Numbered from the stretch's first letter, positions 44,576 through 57,030 are shown. The stretch is 64,000 nt of DNA from Macrostomum lignano (GCA_002269645.1 NIVC01000056.1:496001-560000), one strand, 5' to 3'. Program-made: numbers and translations. The notes: generated from the sequence alone by a model not told the origin.

Positions 44576-45497
44576 TGTCTATGGCATCTCTGTGTCTATG
44601 GCATCTGTGTCTATGGCATCTGTGTCTATGGCATCTGTGTCTATGGCATCTCTGTGTCTATGGCATCTGTGTCTATGGCATCTGTGTCTATGGCATCTCT
44701 GTGTCTATGGCATCTGTGTCTATGGCATCTCTGTGTCTATGGCATCTGTGTCTATGGCATCTGTGTCTATGGCATCTCTGTGTCTATGGCATCTGTGTCT
44801 ATGGCATCTCTGTGTCTATGGCATCTGTGTCTATGGCATCTGTGTCTATGGCATCTGTGTCTATGGCATCTCTGTGTCTATGGCATCTGTGTCTATGGCA
44901 TCTGTGTCTATGGCATCTGTGTCTATGGCATCTGTGTCTATGGCATCTGTGTCTATGGCATCTGTGTCTATGGCATCTGTGTCTATGGCATCTGTGTCTA
45001 TGGCATCTGTGTCTATGGCATCTGTGTCTATGGCATCTGTGTCTATGGCATCTGTGTCTATGGCATCTGTGTCTATGGCATCTGTGTCTATGGCATCTCT
45101 GTGTCTATGGCATCTGTGTCTATGGCATCTGTGTCTATGGCATCTCTGTGTCTATGGCATCTGTGTCTATGGCATCTGTGTCTATGGCATCTGTGTCTAT
45201 GGCATCTGTGTCTATGGCATCTGTGTCTATGGCATCTGTGTCTATGGCATCTGTGTCTATGGCATCTGTGTCTATGGCATCTGTGTCTATGGCATCTGTG
45301 TCTATGGCATCTGTGTCTATGGCATCTGTGTCTATGGCATCTCTGTGTCTATGGCATCTCTGTGTCTATGGCATCTCTGTGTCTATGGCATCTCTGTGTC
45401 TATGGCATCTGTGTCTATGGCATCTGTGTCTATGGCATCTGTGTCTATGGTATCTGTGTCTATGGCATCTGTGTCTATGGCATCTGTGTCTATGGCA
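44576..45497. repeat. 15/17-bp minisatellite (TCTATGGCATCTGTG)
   Basis: Direct reading. Confidence 0.97.
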
Positions 45498-45934
45498 TCA
45501 ACATTGTCCGATCGTGCCCTCAGATTATCGAAAGCGAGTGGTAGGTACCATGCACTTTATTCAGCAATCAGATTCAAAAAAATTCTCAATAGTTGATGGA
45601 GGGCCGAAGCAGGAAGTCACAGAAATCCCATTGGCCCGCTCAGCTAATCTCCTTTCAGTACCCAGGAGATGAAGCGGTCAGGACTCGCTTCTCTTGGCGA
45701 TTTCCTGGAAACCGGACTCCCCATTCTCTTTAATCAAGAAATAGAGGGGAAGCAGGGATTTCCTGCCGCTGCTGCTTTTGAAAATCCCCAGCTAATCATG
45801 GGAGGCGGACCAGCAGCTCCGGCCATCTATGAGGAATATTTTGGCTGAGGCCCCTGGAGTTCGACTTCGTAATTCGCTGCATCTTGGCCCTGAGGTTTCT
45901 CTGAAGACAAAAGAGGCGTCTTTGATCTGCTTCA

Positions 45935-46330
45935 GATTGACTTCAGCTTGACTTCAGCTTGACTTCAGCTTGACTTCAGCTTGACTTCAGCTTGACTTCA
46001 GCTTGACTTCAGCTTGACTTCACCTTGACTTCAGCTTGACTTCAGCTTGACTTCAGCTTGACTTCACCTTGACTTCAGCTTGACTTCAGCTTGACTTCAG
46101 CTTGACTTCAGCTTGACTTCAGCTTGACTTCAGCTTGACTTCAGCTTGATTTCAGCTTGACTTCACCTTGACTTCACCTTGACTTCACCTTGACTTCACC
46201 TTGACTTCACCTTGACTTCAGCTTGACTTTAGATTGACTTCAGCTTGATTTCAGCTTGACTTTAGATTGACTTCAGCTTGACTTCAGCTTGACTTTAGAT
46301 TGACTTCAGCTTGACTTAGACTGACTTCAG
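45935..46330. repeat. 11-bp minisatellite (TTGACTTCAGC)
   Basis: Direct reading; degenerate units continue to about 46500. Confidence 0.95.
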
Positions 46331-47029
46331 ATTAACTAATTTGCTTCCAACTGACTTCAGGTTTACTTCAAATTTACTTCTGATTGACTTCAGATGAAAT
46401 TTGAGTTGCTTCAGATTGGCTTTAGATTGACTTCAGATTGATATTAAATTGCTTCAGACTGACTTCAGATTGGACCTCAGTTTGACTTCAGGCTGAATTG
46501 AAAATAAAAGAGACTGTAGATACTACTGACTTCAGCTAGAACTTAGATCCACGCTCGTACCTTTTATTGACCTCAGGCTCATCTAAATTACAAGCTATAT
46601 TCAAAGGGAGCTTAACTATCTAGGCGGTAATTCTGCATTTAAATTTTGGCATACTCGAAACTTTAAACTGAGCTGTCATTTTATCCTCAGTGACCAGAAT
46701 TTCTGCCTGCAGTTATCGTTTGATCATCGAAATTGGATCTGCACAAGAATCGATTGAATTTAATTTCCATTTTAACCTGCTACCTTAAACGGCATCAAAT
46801 GCTCACCCAGTTTGACATCTGATCCATCCATGGAAAGCGAATGGACAACCCCAGTTGCATTTGCGTTAATAAAATCGATCCAAATCTTCAGTAAGGTCAA
46901 TATTATATTTGATTAGAAAATTAAAACTGAGTGCAAATCAATATAACAAATATTTGTGATACAAGCATGCATTTTTGGTTATAAAGTAATTTAATAATAC
47001 GTAAAATAAAAGCGCATTTCCTGACACTG

Positions 47030-47870
47030 CATGACTCCTATCCCTGACATCCCATGACTCCTATCCCTGACATCCCATGACTCCTATCCCTGACATCCCA
47101 TGACTCCTATCCCTGACATCCCATGACTCCTATCCCTGACATCCCATGACTCCTATCCCTGACATCCCATGACTTCTATCTTTGACATCCCATGACTCCT
47201 ATCCCTGACATCCCATGACTCCTATCCCTGACATCCCATGACTCCTATCCCTGACATCCCATGACTCCTATCTCTGACATCCCATGACTCCTATCCCTGA
47301 CATCCCATGACTCCTATCCCTGACATCCCATGACTCCTATCCCTGACATCCCATGACTCCTATCCCTGACATCCCATGACTCCTATCCCTGACATCCCAT
47401 GACTCCTATCCCTGACATCCCATGACTCCTATCCCTGACATCCCATGACTCCTATCCCTGACATCCCATGACTCCTATCCCTGACATCCCATGACTCCTA
47501 TCCCTGACATCCCATATCCCTGACATCCCATGACTCCTATCCCTGACATGCATGACTCCTATCCCTGACATCCCATGACTCCTATCCCTGACATCCCATG
47601 ACTCCTATCTCTGACATCCCATGACTCCTATCCCTGACATCCCATGACTCCTATCCCTGACACTGCATGACTCCTATCCCTGACATCCCATGACTCCTAT
47701 CCCTGACATCCCATGACTCCTATCCCTGACATCCCATGACTCCTATCCCTGACATCCCATGACTCCTATCCCTGACATCCCATGACTCCTATCCCTGACA
47801 CTGCATGACTCCTATCCCTGACATCCCATGACTCCTATCCCTGACATCCCATGACTCCTATCCCTGACAT
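47030..47870. repeat. 23-bp minisatellite (CCCTGACATCCCATGACTCCTAT)
   Basis: Direct reading. Confidence 0.97.
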
Positions 47871-47909
47871 CCAGTGGCGCCCATGCTTGTCAGGCCAGTT
47901 CCGACTGAG

Positions 47910-48614
47910 TCACAACGCTGTCGCAGGCGACCTCGCCAGCCTCGCCCCCAGATCGTTAGGCGTCCCGTCGTCTTCTCTCGCCGGCAGCCGAAAAAAATCT
48001 TCAGCCTCCGCCGCCTCATCTCCGTCATCCAAGAAATCCTCCTCCAGCCGCCGCCCAGGCGCTGAGCCGCCGACGCATCTCCGACGCCACCGACGCCGCT
48101 GCCAGCGTCGAGCGACGCAGGCCTGCATGGCCAAAAAGACCAGCAGCAGGCAGTCGCCGGCCACGCAGAGCGTCAGTCCGGCCAGGTTGGCCAGCGCGGC
48201 GGCGGCTCCGGCCGAGTCGCTGGCCGCCTCGGCGCGCAGACGGATGGTGGCCTGGTCGGCGACTTTGCTGACCGCGGCGGCCAGCAGGCAGGCGGCGGCC
48301 GGCAGCGCCAGACAGCAGGAGCGCCAGGCGCAGCCGGACAGACTGGGCGACCGGGTGGCGGCCAGCAGGCTGAGGCTGCCTGGCGCCAGTAGCGCCGGCG
48401 CCAGCGGCAGCGCCAGCACTCGGAGGGCGGCCTCGCCGGGCCGGCTGTACAGCTCCAGACAGGCCGACGCGCTGGCCGGCAGGAAGCAGGCAAGGAACTG
48501 CAGCGCGTCAGCGGCGATGAGGCTGGCGGCCAGGGCCAGCAGGGTCCAGGCGTTCTGCCGGAAGTGGCCCTCGGACAGGAAACGCTGCAGGCAGGTCCAG
48601 CCCTGCTGAGGCAT
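47910..48614 (-). CDS. Hypothetical Ala/Leu-rich multi-pass membrane protein (~234 aa, 3-4 TM, basic then acidic tail)
   Basis: The GC3-rich codon usage (CTG/GCC/CGC) resembles the confirmed genes here. It has hydrophobic segments, an RRWQRRRWRRR stop-transfer patch and an acidic tail. No family recognised, and the 3' end may be spliced further. Confidence 0.55.
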   Translation of the reverse strand: MPQQGWTCLQRFLSEGHFRQNAWTLLALAASLIAADALQFLACFLPASASACLELYSRPGEAALRVLALPLAPALLAPGSLSLLAATRSPSLSGCAWRSCCLALPAAACLLAAAVSKVADQATIRLRAEAASDSAGAAAALANLAGLTLCVAGDCLLLVFLAMQACVARRWQRRRWRRRCVGGSAPGRRLEEDFLDDGDEAAEAEDFFRLPAREDDGTPNDLGARLARSPATAL

Positions 48615-49077
48615 CGGAAGCGTTCAGCTTGACTGCAGCAGCTGGGGTTGCGGAAGTCCCTCACCTCACGGCCTTCACCAGAAAGTGCAGCAGCGCATGC
48701 TGCAAGAATCTATGGATAGTTTCTACGATAAAGGAGGCCGCAGGCTGGCTTTAATATTTGATGAAGAAGATGCTGGATGGATGATGCTTCTTCATCTGCA
48801 TCCCCATTTATGCTGAATCTTAGGGAAATGTACGCCCCGAATATTCTCTTCTTCTTGCATTCGATAGCCAGCTCTGCCTCCGAGGCTTTTCATTGGCTGA
48901 TAAGCGGATGAACGCAAACTGTGTGTAGCGATTCGGGCCGCAGTCCCGCGCAATGCACGCGGAGTTTCGGGCCTTCAGATCATTGCCCAGAACCATAGAA
49001 CAGAGGAAGGGTTTACGAATTTCAATGCCAATCTGAGATACATGTAGTTTTGTTCCACTTGTCCCCACTCCGTTCAT

Positions 49078-49262
49078 TCATTCATAGAATAACAATAATT
49101 GCAGGAGGCGTTGTGGCCACACAACCAGCTCTGATGAGACGATGCCAATAAGAGGCCACTGTGAATCGCATGACAACGGCCTCGGCTAATTTTCGTGCAC
49201 TACAAGCCCCAAATTAATGTTGGCCGCGCAGGGAATTGAACCAGGGGTCGTGCAGTAAATAA
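49078..49262 (-). mobile_element. Probable SINE family B copy with (TGAA)n tail
   Basis: The reverse complement has a B box GGTTCAATTCC, the body shared with 10745-10893, and a TGAATGAATGAA tail. Confidence 0.5.
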
Positions 49263-49746
49263 TAGTAAAAAAACCGAAATAATCTTTGCAACTACTGTTA
49301 GTAGCTTCACGGTGTATAAAAAGCTAAGAAAAATAATACTTATATTTTTAACAGTAGAAAGCTTTTTATTTGTGCAATCTGGAGAATTTCATTGGGAGCA
49401 GCTGTAGAAAATGAAAAATATGGTCAATCACCACCGGTTACGTTACATGTAGATGAGCAATATTTTCCGGAATAAATAGTCACGCAAAGCATGATTTATG
49501 CGTTGACGGTTTAATGGTTTCTAAAAGTCTTTGTTTTGCTCGTAAATTGAGCACACATTTCTTAGAAACAAAAGTTTATAAGAATAAAGTGTTCAAATAG
49601 TAACTGTGGAGACAGTATAGGTACAATTATCAGACAAAAATAGTATTAGCAATTAGGTTACTAAAATGTTCTATTCAGAGAGCTAATCAAGACCAAGAAC
49701 TGTCGAAATAATTCGCAGAAAGCATTTAGCGGAATTGTGTACGGTG

Positions 49747-51255
49747 TCAGTACACAGTCCAGAACAGTTGCTTCATTTTGCCTCCGTTCTGCATCGTTTC
49801 CAGCGCTATTCGAGACTCCACGGTAAGCAGAGGGCAGTTGGTGAAGGTGAGAATGCTGAGCTTAGGGCAAGAGTCCACCAGACAGCGGATGCTGGCGTCA
49901 GTGATGGAGACGCACTGGTTAATCTGCAGTTCGCTGAGCAGCTTGCTCAATGGCGAGGCGGCCAAGATGGCGACACCTTCATCCGTGATGCTGCAGCCGC
50001 TCAGGTTGAGGCTGCCGAGGCAGCGGCACCGCTCCGCGATGTGGCGGAGGCTGGCGTCGGTGCAGCTGGAGCAGCCCTGCAGGTTCAGCACCCGCAGGCG
50101 CCGGCCCGACGCTGCGGTCAGGGCGTCCACCACTGAGTCGGTCACCTTCGGTTCGAGACGGGTGCGGGACAGTGAGAGTTCGAATGATTCCTGTGGGATA
50201 TCCATGTGGATCCGAATGCCTCCTGTGGGATATACATTTGGATCCAAATGCTTCCTGTGGGACATCCATGTGGATCCAAATGCTTCCTGTGGGATATCCA
50301 TGTGGATCCAAATGCTTCCTGTGGGATATCCATGTGGATCCAAATGTCTCCTGTGGGCTATCCATGTGGATCCGAATGCCTCCTGTGGGCTATCCATGTG
50401 GATCCGTGGGATATCCATGTGGACCCGAATGCTTCCTGTGGGATATCCATGTGGATCCAAATGCCTCCTGTGAGCTATCTTTGTGGATCCGAATGCCTCC
50501 TGTGGGCTATCCATGTGGACCCGAATGCCTCCTGTGGGCTATCCATGTGGATCCGTGGGATGTCCATGTGGATCCGAATGCCTCCTGTGGGCTATCCATG
50601 TGGATCCGTGGGATATACATGTGGACCCGAATGCTTCCTGTGGGCTATCCATGTGGATCCAAATGTCTCCTGTGGGATATCCATGTGGATCCAAATGTCT
50701 CCTGTGGGATATCCATGTGGATCCAAATGTCTCCTGTGGGATATCCATGTGGATCCAAATGTCTGTGGGATATCCAGTCTAAATTCCTCTGTGGTCCATC
50801 TAACGAGCATCGTATGATGCACACAGCTTCTGTCCTGAAACTCACGGATGTTGGGATATGAATCTCATAGGAGTAGAAACAAAACCCAAATGCAACCCAC
50901 CTGGCTGCAGCGACGCAGCTGAACCTCGCGCAGGTTGGCCAGATGAGGCAACACGGTTAGAAGTATTTTCTCTGTTGGAACCTCGCGACTGCCCTTCATA
51001 GCGTTAAGATTCAACGATTGTAGCGACTTGCAGGCAGACAAGTATTGCACGCATTCGTCTGTGATTTCATCAAAGTTGCTCCAGTCTACTCGTTGAGTAG
51101 CCCAGGTGACCAGCTGAGCAGCGAGAAGGCTGTCTGAGCCAGTGAGTGAGCGACGCGACATCATATCGTGCAATTGGTTGCGAATGAACGGAGGAAAGCT
51201 GAGCAGGTAGGCTAGCTTGAGCTGTCGAATTTCTGAGCAGATGACCTGGGTACAT
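49747..51255 (-). CDS. AMN1: AMN1 homolog (leucine-rich repeat protein); first exon not located
   Basis: Exons 51255-50901 and 50145-49747 join in frame. LRR units (LxxLNLxGCxxxTD) are present, the N-terminal segment reads FPPFIRNQLHDMMS, and the C-terminus KMKQLFWTVY resembles the AMN1 KQVTWTVY end. Confidence 0.8.
50185..50775. repeat. 32-bp minisatellite (GGATATCCATGTGGATCCAAATGCTTCCTGTG) in the AMN1 intron
   Basis: Direct reading. Confidence 0.95.
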
Positions 51256-54200
51256 CTGGAATAATTATATTTAATAGATGTGTATACATGAATCATTAAT
51301 CTGAGTTATGTTCAACTTTGTTTTTCTTAACTTTCTTGCAAAAATATGTTGAAAAATAATTAAGACTTAAAGCCTACAAAAGAAAGAAATTAAAACTCGT
51401 AATTTATCAAATAGCAAATGCTACATTCCTACAAATTGTATCAATTCTACATGTAGATGTATATACCTTTTTCGAAGTGAAGTAACCATTATGCAGGCAA
51501 GCTCAGTAAAATAATCACTAAAAGAAACAACTTATGTAGCACTTAGGTTTCTTGCGTTCCAGTTAAATATGCAAACAATTGATCAGCATAGAAGTGACAA
51601 TACAATCGTGTGTAGAATACAAAGGGAGGCTTTGAAAGGTCTGTCGAAATTATATAGCAGAACTTTTAATCTGAAACTGAAACTATGACTAACTGAAAGC
51701 CAATTGTATCCAACTTTGCTTAAATAAGAACGCAAAGTTTGAGTAGTGAACAGTTTGAAACGCCTTTGTGCTGCGCTTCGTATTGAAAATTAATAAAAAC
51801 ATTTATTTGTTTATTTTGTTATTATTCTCAAAAACTTAAAAGTATTATAATTCCTGGAATGCAAGAATTCTGCTGGCATTCGACGGATGGACGGACAATG
51901 GTAGCTACTTAGCTAGGCTATATCTGTGGTTTTGACGTTGGTGTAGCACTGTCTCTCGGTTTTTTCAGTTTTCGTATGCTTTATCGCAACTGTCCTTTAT
52001 ATGTTTCATTAAGTAATTTTAAACTTAAATACAACTTTTAATTTCTTTTTCTTTACTTGACCCTTGGGCTTGTTTTTTTAATGAACATTTGAAGGTTAAA
52101 CTTTTAATATGTCTGCTAAAAGTTTTTAAATCTATTTCCGTGGTGTGGAAGGTCTCCTTATTCTCCTTATACTCCTTATTTCACCTTATTTTGGCCTCAG
52201 CCCTTCCCTTCCTTAGGCTATTCTCCTTGACCTTAGGCCTATTATCCTTTTGTATCATCTTTTTTTCAAAGGCCTGGCTTTTTGCCCTATTGCAAAGGTA
52301 TTGCTCTATGAGCATTCAACTCTACTTGGTTTATACTATAGATTTTGGGACCAAATTATGTACTTAGTTTAATTAAAAGATCCCACAACCATGAAAATGC
52401 ATTGCACAACAAATGTAGGCCCCTAGAAAAAATTTCCCCCATTTTTTTCTTTATGCACCATGTGCTAGGCCTCTAAAGCAATTTTATTCCTTTTAGTTGT
52501 ACCATGTGCCAGCACTTAGGGTTGTTATATGCTATAGTTAGTTATTAGACACTTTGTCATCTTACTACTTTGTTATCCACTTATATTTTAGACATTGTCA
52601 TCCAGTATTCTACCATTGCACATTTGTACCTCCATAGGCCTTAGCTGTAGCCATAACAAATTTTATCATGCCATCTCCATGGCCGCAATTTGTTATGTTT
52701 TAGATAGTCAAATCTCCATATTCTAAATTTTCTTATACTATAGCCATATTAAAAATTAACAAAATTAACAAAAACCACTAATTTCCAAAGCAAAAAGCAA
52801 AAATGTAAAGCCAAAGTAAAAGCAAGATCAAGCAAAAAGCAAAAATTTCAAATTTAATAATTTATAAAGATTTTAATATAATAGATTTAGTTTTGTGCAA
52901 CAAATATAAATTATACATTTTATGAGATAGCTGGTAATGTATTTATTTATTTAGCCAAATATATAAAAATTTAAATAAAATAAAAATAACTTTTCTTTAC
53001 AAAAAAGAGACTTTGTATTTAATTTATATTATTATGGGAAATTACGTATGATGCTCAAAATCTCTATAATCTATAACTGTAGCTAGCTACCAATTGGCAA
53101 GATCTCTGTAACTGCAATCTGTAACCAAATTTTGGTGAAAAAAGTGCCATCCCAAATTTTCCCATAACCATAGCCATAATTACATTAGAACACTACTGTC
53201 ATCTTAGGCCTGGCCTACTACTTATTTATCTATAATACTAATGTAGACACTTCATAATCTATTTCCTATAAACACTTTGTTATTCATTTTTTATATCAAA
53301 AACTTTGCTATATATACAGTATAACTTTGTCAACTAAGTTATAATGTTATGTCAATAGCCATAAGTGGCCAAATTGCAATTGAATGCATACAATTACAAA
53401 TTCAAAAGATAGACTAGACATACAGTCACCTATATATATCTACATGTAGTCACCCTCCTATTTGTCTTATTACTAGCAAAATACACTGACATATTAAATA
53501 CCATGCAAGTTTGTACCTATAGGCATAGAAATAAAATTATAATATTAGATCTCTAAAACACATACAAATTACAATTAATATTATATTATAATTTATAGCC
53601 CTATTATAATATCATAAAATGACAAAGTTTCCTTTTAAAGTTGGTCACTTTATAATCTAGATTTAATAATATTTTTTGATATGATGAAAATGGCCAAAAA
53701 ACCATGGTTAATGAAAATGACAAAGATGGCAATGTATCTAGTACAATGATGTAACTAGAAATTTGTTGAGGGGGGGGCAGATAGAGGGTAAAGACCAAGT
53801 AGGGCAGAAGAATGGCTTTATTTTTTGGAAAAAATATACTTGGTCTCCCCTTTGTTTTTTCATTTGATTACTTTTTTGATTACTCTAGATTAGCTTGACT
53901 CAATTACTTGCAGTGGCTTTGTTCTTGTCCACAAATTTATAGCAAATTATATAAAAAATGGCAAGTAGGCCTAACAAATAATAGCAAATAGAGTTTGAAC
54001 TTTGAGTAGTCTTTCAAGTTTCAATTGTCATAATAGAATTATTGATTGTCATGATAAAAGATAAAAGATATTATTATAATATACATGTATAAGCTTTTAA
54101 AAAATGCAAAGATTTATATTTTGCAAAAATTAGCACATTTTTCATATTAATCATTGATCAAGGGTACTTATGCCATGTATTAACTATATCAAGTTGTAGG

Positions 54201-54797
54201 CTTTCATTTTTCTTTTTGTGCCAAATGCACCAAGTATGCTAGAGAAATAGCCTATTTATGCTAAAAAAATTGGTGGAATCTACTTTTCTAATTATAGAAA
54301 AGATCTAAAGCCTCTATTAAAGATTAGGGCCTATGTATAGACTTCTATGATATATTATAGATTGTAGGAGCAATGCTCTTTTCTGTTTCTAAGCCCTATG
54401 TTAAGGAAGAGACTATAATGTGCAGTCTTTGCCTTTAGAGTTTAGGAAGGATACAAGGCTAATATAACTTAGAGCCTCATTGTTAGTTTTCATAATACAA
54501 AACTAGACCTAGTACTTGTTTTATTGACACCAAAGCCAACAGGGATAAAATGCTAAATAAACCTTAAAAAGCAAATCACTGTTGGCAAGACTTGAACCCA
54601 CAATGTTCCACCAATGAGTAGCACTTAAGGCATACTCATAGAGCTATGCCATCTAACTATTTGCATTTATAATATTTTGTGACTTTAAAGAATAATATTA
54701 ACAAGATCTCCTTTTTTGAACTACATAAGAATCCTTTATATTTCACTTACAGAGTCTTTTCATAGTTTTTATATGGCTTTTTAAAGTCTAATTTCAG

Positions 54798-55050
54798 ATG
54801 TCCTACTTTATGACATTAGGATTGGTGCCTTACTTTTGGGAAAAGATGCTAGACAATTTTTCATAGAAAATAAAATTTGTTATTTGCATAGATAAAACAT
54901 TTAACAAATTCAACTAGAAGAAGCTGCTTGGCTTATATATTAGACTTTGGGATAAGGTCAATACAAAGAAATAAGTTGTGATGCAATATCTAGACTCTAT
55001 GCTTATGATTCAAGCATACAGAAAAGATATTCTTTATAAATTTAATAATT
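54798..55050 (+). pseudogene. hAT-like transposase catalytic-core fragment with premature stops
   Basis: Translation is MSYFMTLGLVPYFWEKMLDNFS*KIKFVICIDKTFNKFN*KKLLGLYIRLWDKVNTKK*VVMQYLDS. It resembles the remembered pattern SYxIxxGLAPYF...FVxxFDESxNKxxQKxQMDxHVRFWD...QVxTRYLxS. It is preceded by an acceptor, CTAATTTCAG|. Similarity is by eye and was not searched. Confidence 0.5.
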
Positions 55051-55446
55051 CTCTAGGCCTAAGCATATTTATAATAACCACTCAATTATATTGTATTAGA
55101 GTTGTATCATTCTATATTGTTTGAATAGTTATATCTCATAGAGAAGTTGTTTTCTATAGACATTTTTAGCAACCCTAGATTTGTATTTTTACCATAGTTT
55201 TTATAGTAGACCATCACTGTATCTATATTATTGATTAAAGCAAAAATCTTCTTGCGTAATAAAGTAATTACAACATAGTGTTAATAATTACTTTTGCAAC
55301 ATGGATGTGTCTACCTTTTATTGAAGTATACTACTATTTCTAAAGTATTTTTTAAAAAACTTTTTTATAATTTAGAATTTTACAAAATTTCTATAGAAAA
55401 TCATAGGAGCACTTAAATAAAGCTTAAGATCAACATTTATGGCGAA

Positions 55447-55485
55447 AACCAACGCGTTTCAACCCACTAGGGCCGTCGTCAGGGT
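55447..55485 (-). ncRNA. Minimal hammerhead ribozyme (Penelope-associated), minus-strand copy
   Basis: Reverse complement of 56431-56469. Confidence 0.7.
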
Positions 55486-56430
55486 ATATTTTATCACTGA
55501 ACGAAACACTCAATATAAATAAGCAAACGATTGTACTATCTCAAGTGTCAAATTGAAAACGGGAGGGTAACCAATGTACGAAAAACATAAAAAACTAGGG
55601 GTTGGAGTTAAGCGAGAATAATGATGTAAAAAAAAAAAAAAATGTACGCGCAACAAAAAATAGTCAAACTCAAAACACCCTAAGAAGGTGGCCCGCACCA
55701 CTATGTAGCAATTGCACATTGAGACTGGGATTTTGAGCTTTGATGTGCAGCGCTTCAAGAATGCTAAGCTTGAATTCAGAGTTAGCACGGTCGATAATTT
55801 TAAACAATTCAATCTGTTCTCTGTCACAGCAGCCCTTGCATTCCAGAAGGTGGTCCTGGATAGCAGATTTTTTCAGCCAATGCTCCCTAACTCTGGTGTG
55901 CAGGTGTCTTTTGGTTTTTCCCACGTAAGAGGTATTCTGATCTTCAGAACAACAAAATTTATAGACGACACCTGCAACTAGAGCACGAGGAACACGAGGA
56001 GCATTGGCTGAAAAAATCTGCTATCCAGGACCACCTTCTGGAATGCAAGGGCTGCTGTGACAGAGAACAGATTGAATTGTTTAAAATTATCGACCGTGCT
56101 AACTCTGAATTCAAGCTTAGCATTCTTGAAGCGCTGCACATCAAAGCTCAAAATCCCAGTCTCAATGTGCAATTGCTACATAGTGGTGCGGGCCACCTTC
56201 TTAGGGTGTTTTGAGTTTGACTATTTTTTGTTGCGCGTACATTTTTTTTTTTTTTTTACATCTGTTTGCCTTCTCTCTCTCTCTCTCTCTCTCATTATTC
56301 TCGCTTAACTCCAACCCCTAGTTTTTTATGTTTTTCGTACATTGGTTACCCTCCCGTTTTCAATTTGACACTTGAGATAGTACAATCGTTTGCTTATTTA
56401 TATTGAGTGTTTCGTTCAGTGATAAAATAT

Positions 56431-56469
56431 ACCCTGACGACGGCCCTAGTGGGTTGAAACGCGTTGGTT
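56431..56469 (+). ncRNA. Minimal type-I hammerhead ribozyme (Penelope-associated)
   Basis: ACC-CTGACGA-CGGCCC(TAGT)GGGTTG-AAAC-GCGTT-GGT contains the CUGANGA and GAAA cores, stem II with G-U pairs, a palindromic stem III (AACGCGTT), a GUU cleavage triplet and a short ACC/GGT stem I. Confidence 0.72.
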
Positions 56470-57030
56470 TTCGCCATAAATGTTGATCTTAAGCTTTATT
56501 TATTTGCTATTAATTAAGCGAGCAACTCTACCACATAGGAGCACTTGTTTTCTTCTTTCACTTCATTCTGGACATTGCCCTTCAAATTGAGAAAAATACA
56601 TGAAGATGAAAATTTCCATGTGGTTATAAAAGCCTTGCTAGATGTGGGGAATATTTTCAGAGGGAAAAGTGTCACTAATAAGAAATGACTAATAGCTAGG
56701 AATAGTATGTGCTCATACTTACTTTTTGCAGTTGTCATGATGTTCCATAACCATGGCTAGCTATAACTTTAGCAAAGTGCTATTAGTATAATATATAAGT
56801 TCTTAAAAGCTCTGTGAATCAATATAAACTGGTTATATATTGAAACATTGTTATCAAAAGTTTTATCAGCTATGGAGACAACAACTACCCTATGGTCACG
56901 CCCTACAGTACAAGGACCCCCATTACAGCGGCTAGTACAGTCATTTGCTATAATAGTTGCACTTTCTTCGAAGCAATCACAACTTGACCTGACATGACCC
57001 CTCCCGCAGCGCTGAATCCAATCGCTCGCC

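Larger units (their letters stand above)
55415..56533. mobile_element. Penelope-like element, 5'-truncated with inverted duplication; 13-bp TSD
   Basis: The left arm (minus strand, to 55980) encodes GVVYKFCC...SYVGKTKRHLHTRVREH...SAIQDHL...LSILEALHIKAQNPSLNVQ, a PLE GIY-YIG endonuclease. The right arm 55997-56502 is its reverse complement. CATAGGAGCACTT is duplicated at 55402-55414 and 56534-56546. Confidence 0.9.
52000..56898. mobile_element. CpG-erased, AT-rich DNA-transposon relic, interrupted by a Penelope insertion
   Basis: Only 4 CG dinucleotides counted in 52000-55414 and none in 56521-56898. Repeated motifs such as CCATAACCATAGCCATAA (53161), CTGTAACTGCAATCTGTAACC (53106) and GCAAAAAGCAAAAAT look like CG>CA/TG-converted CCGTAACC and GCGAAAAGCG repeats. 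Confidence 0.6.

Noticed and set aside
44468-45672. Three 334-363-aa ORFs (SMASV/HLCLW/YGICV)
   Set aside because: A 15-bp satellite that is open in all three frames.
45780-46890. Possible further minus-strand exons (IWIDFINANATGVVHSLSMDGSDVKL at ~46805-46885; RSKTPLLSSEK... at ~45830-45930)
   Set aside because: Could not be linked by convincing splice sites to the 48-kb ORF or any other gene.
49128-49170. CTGATGA resembling a hammerhead core
   Set aside because: No properly placed GAAA or stems. It lies on the antisense strand of a SINE body.
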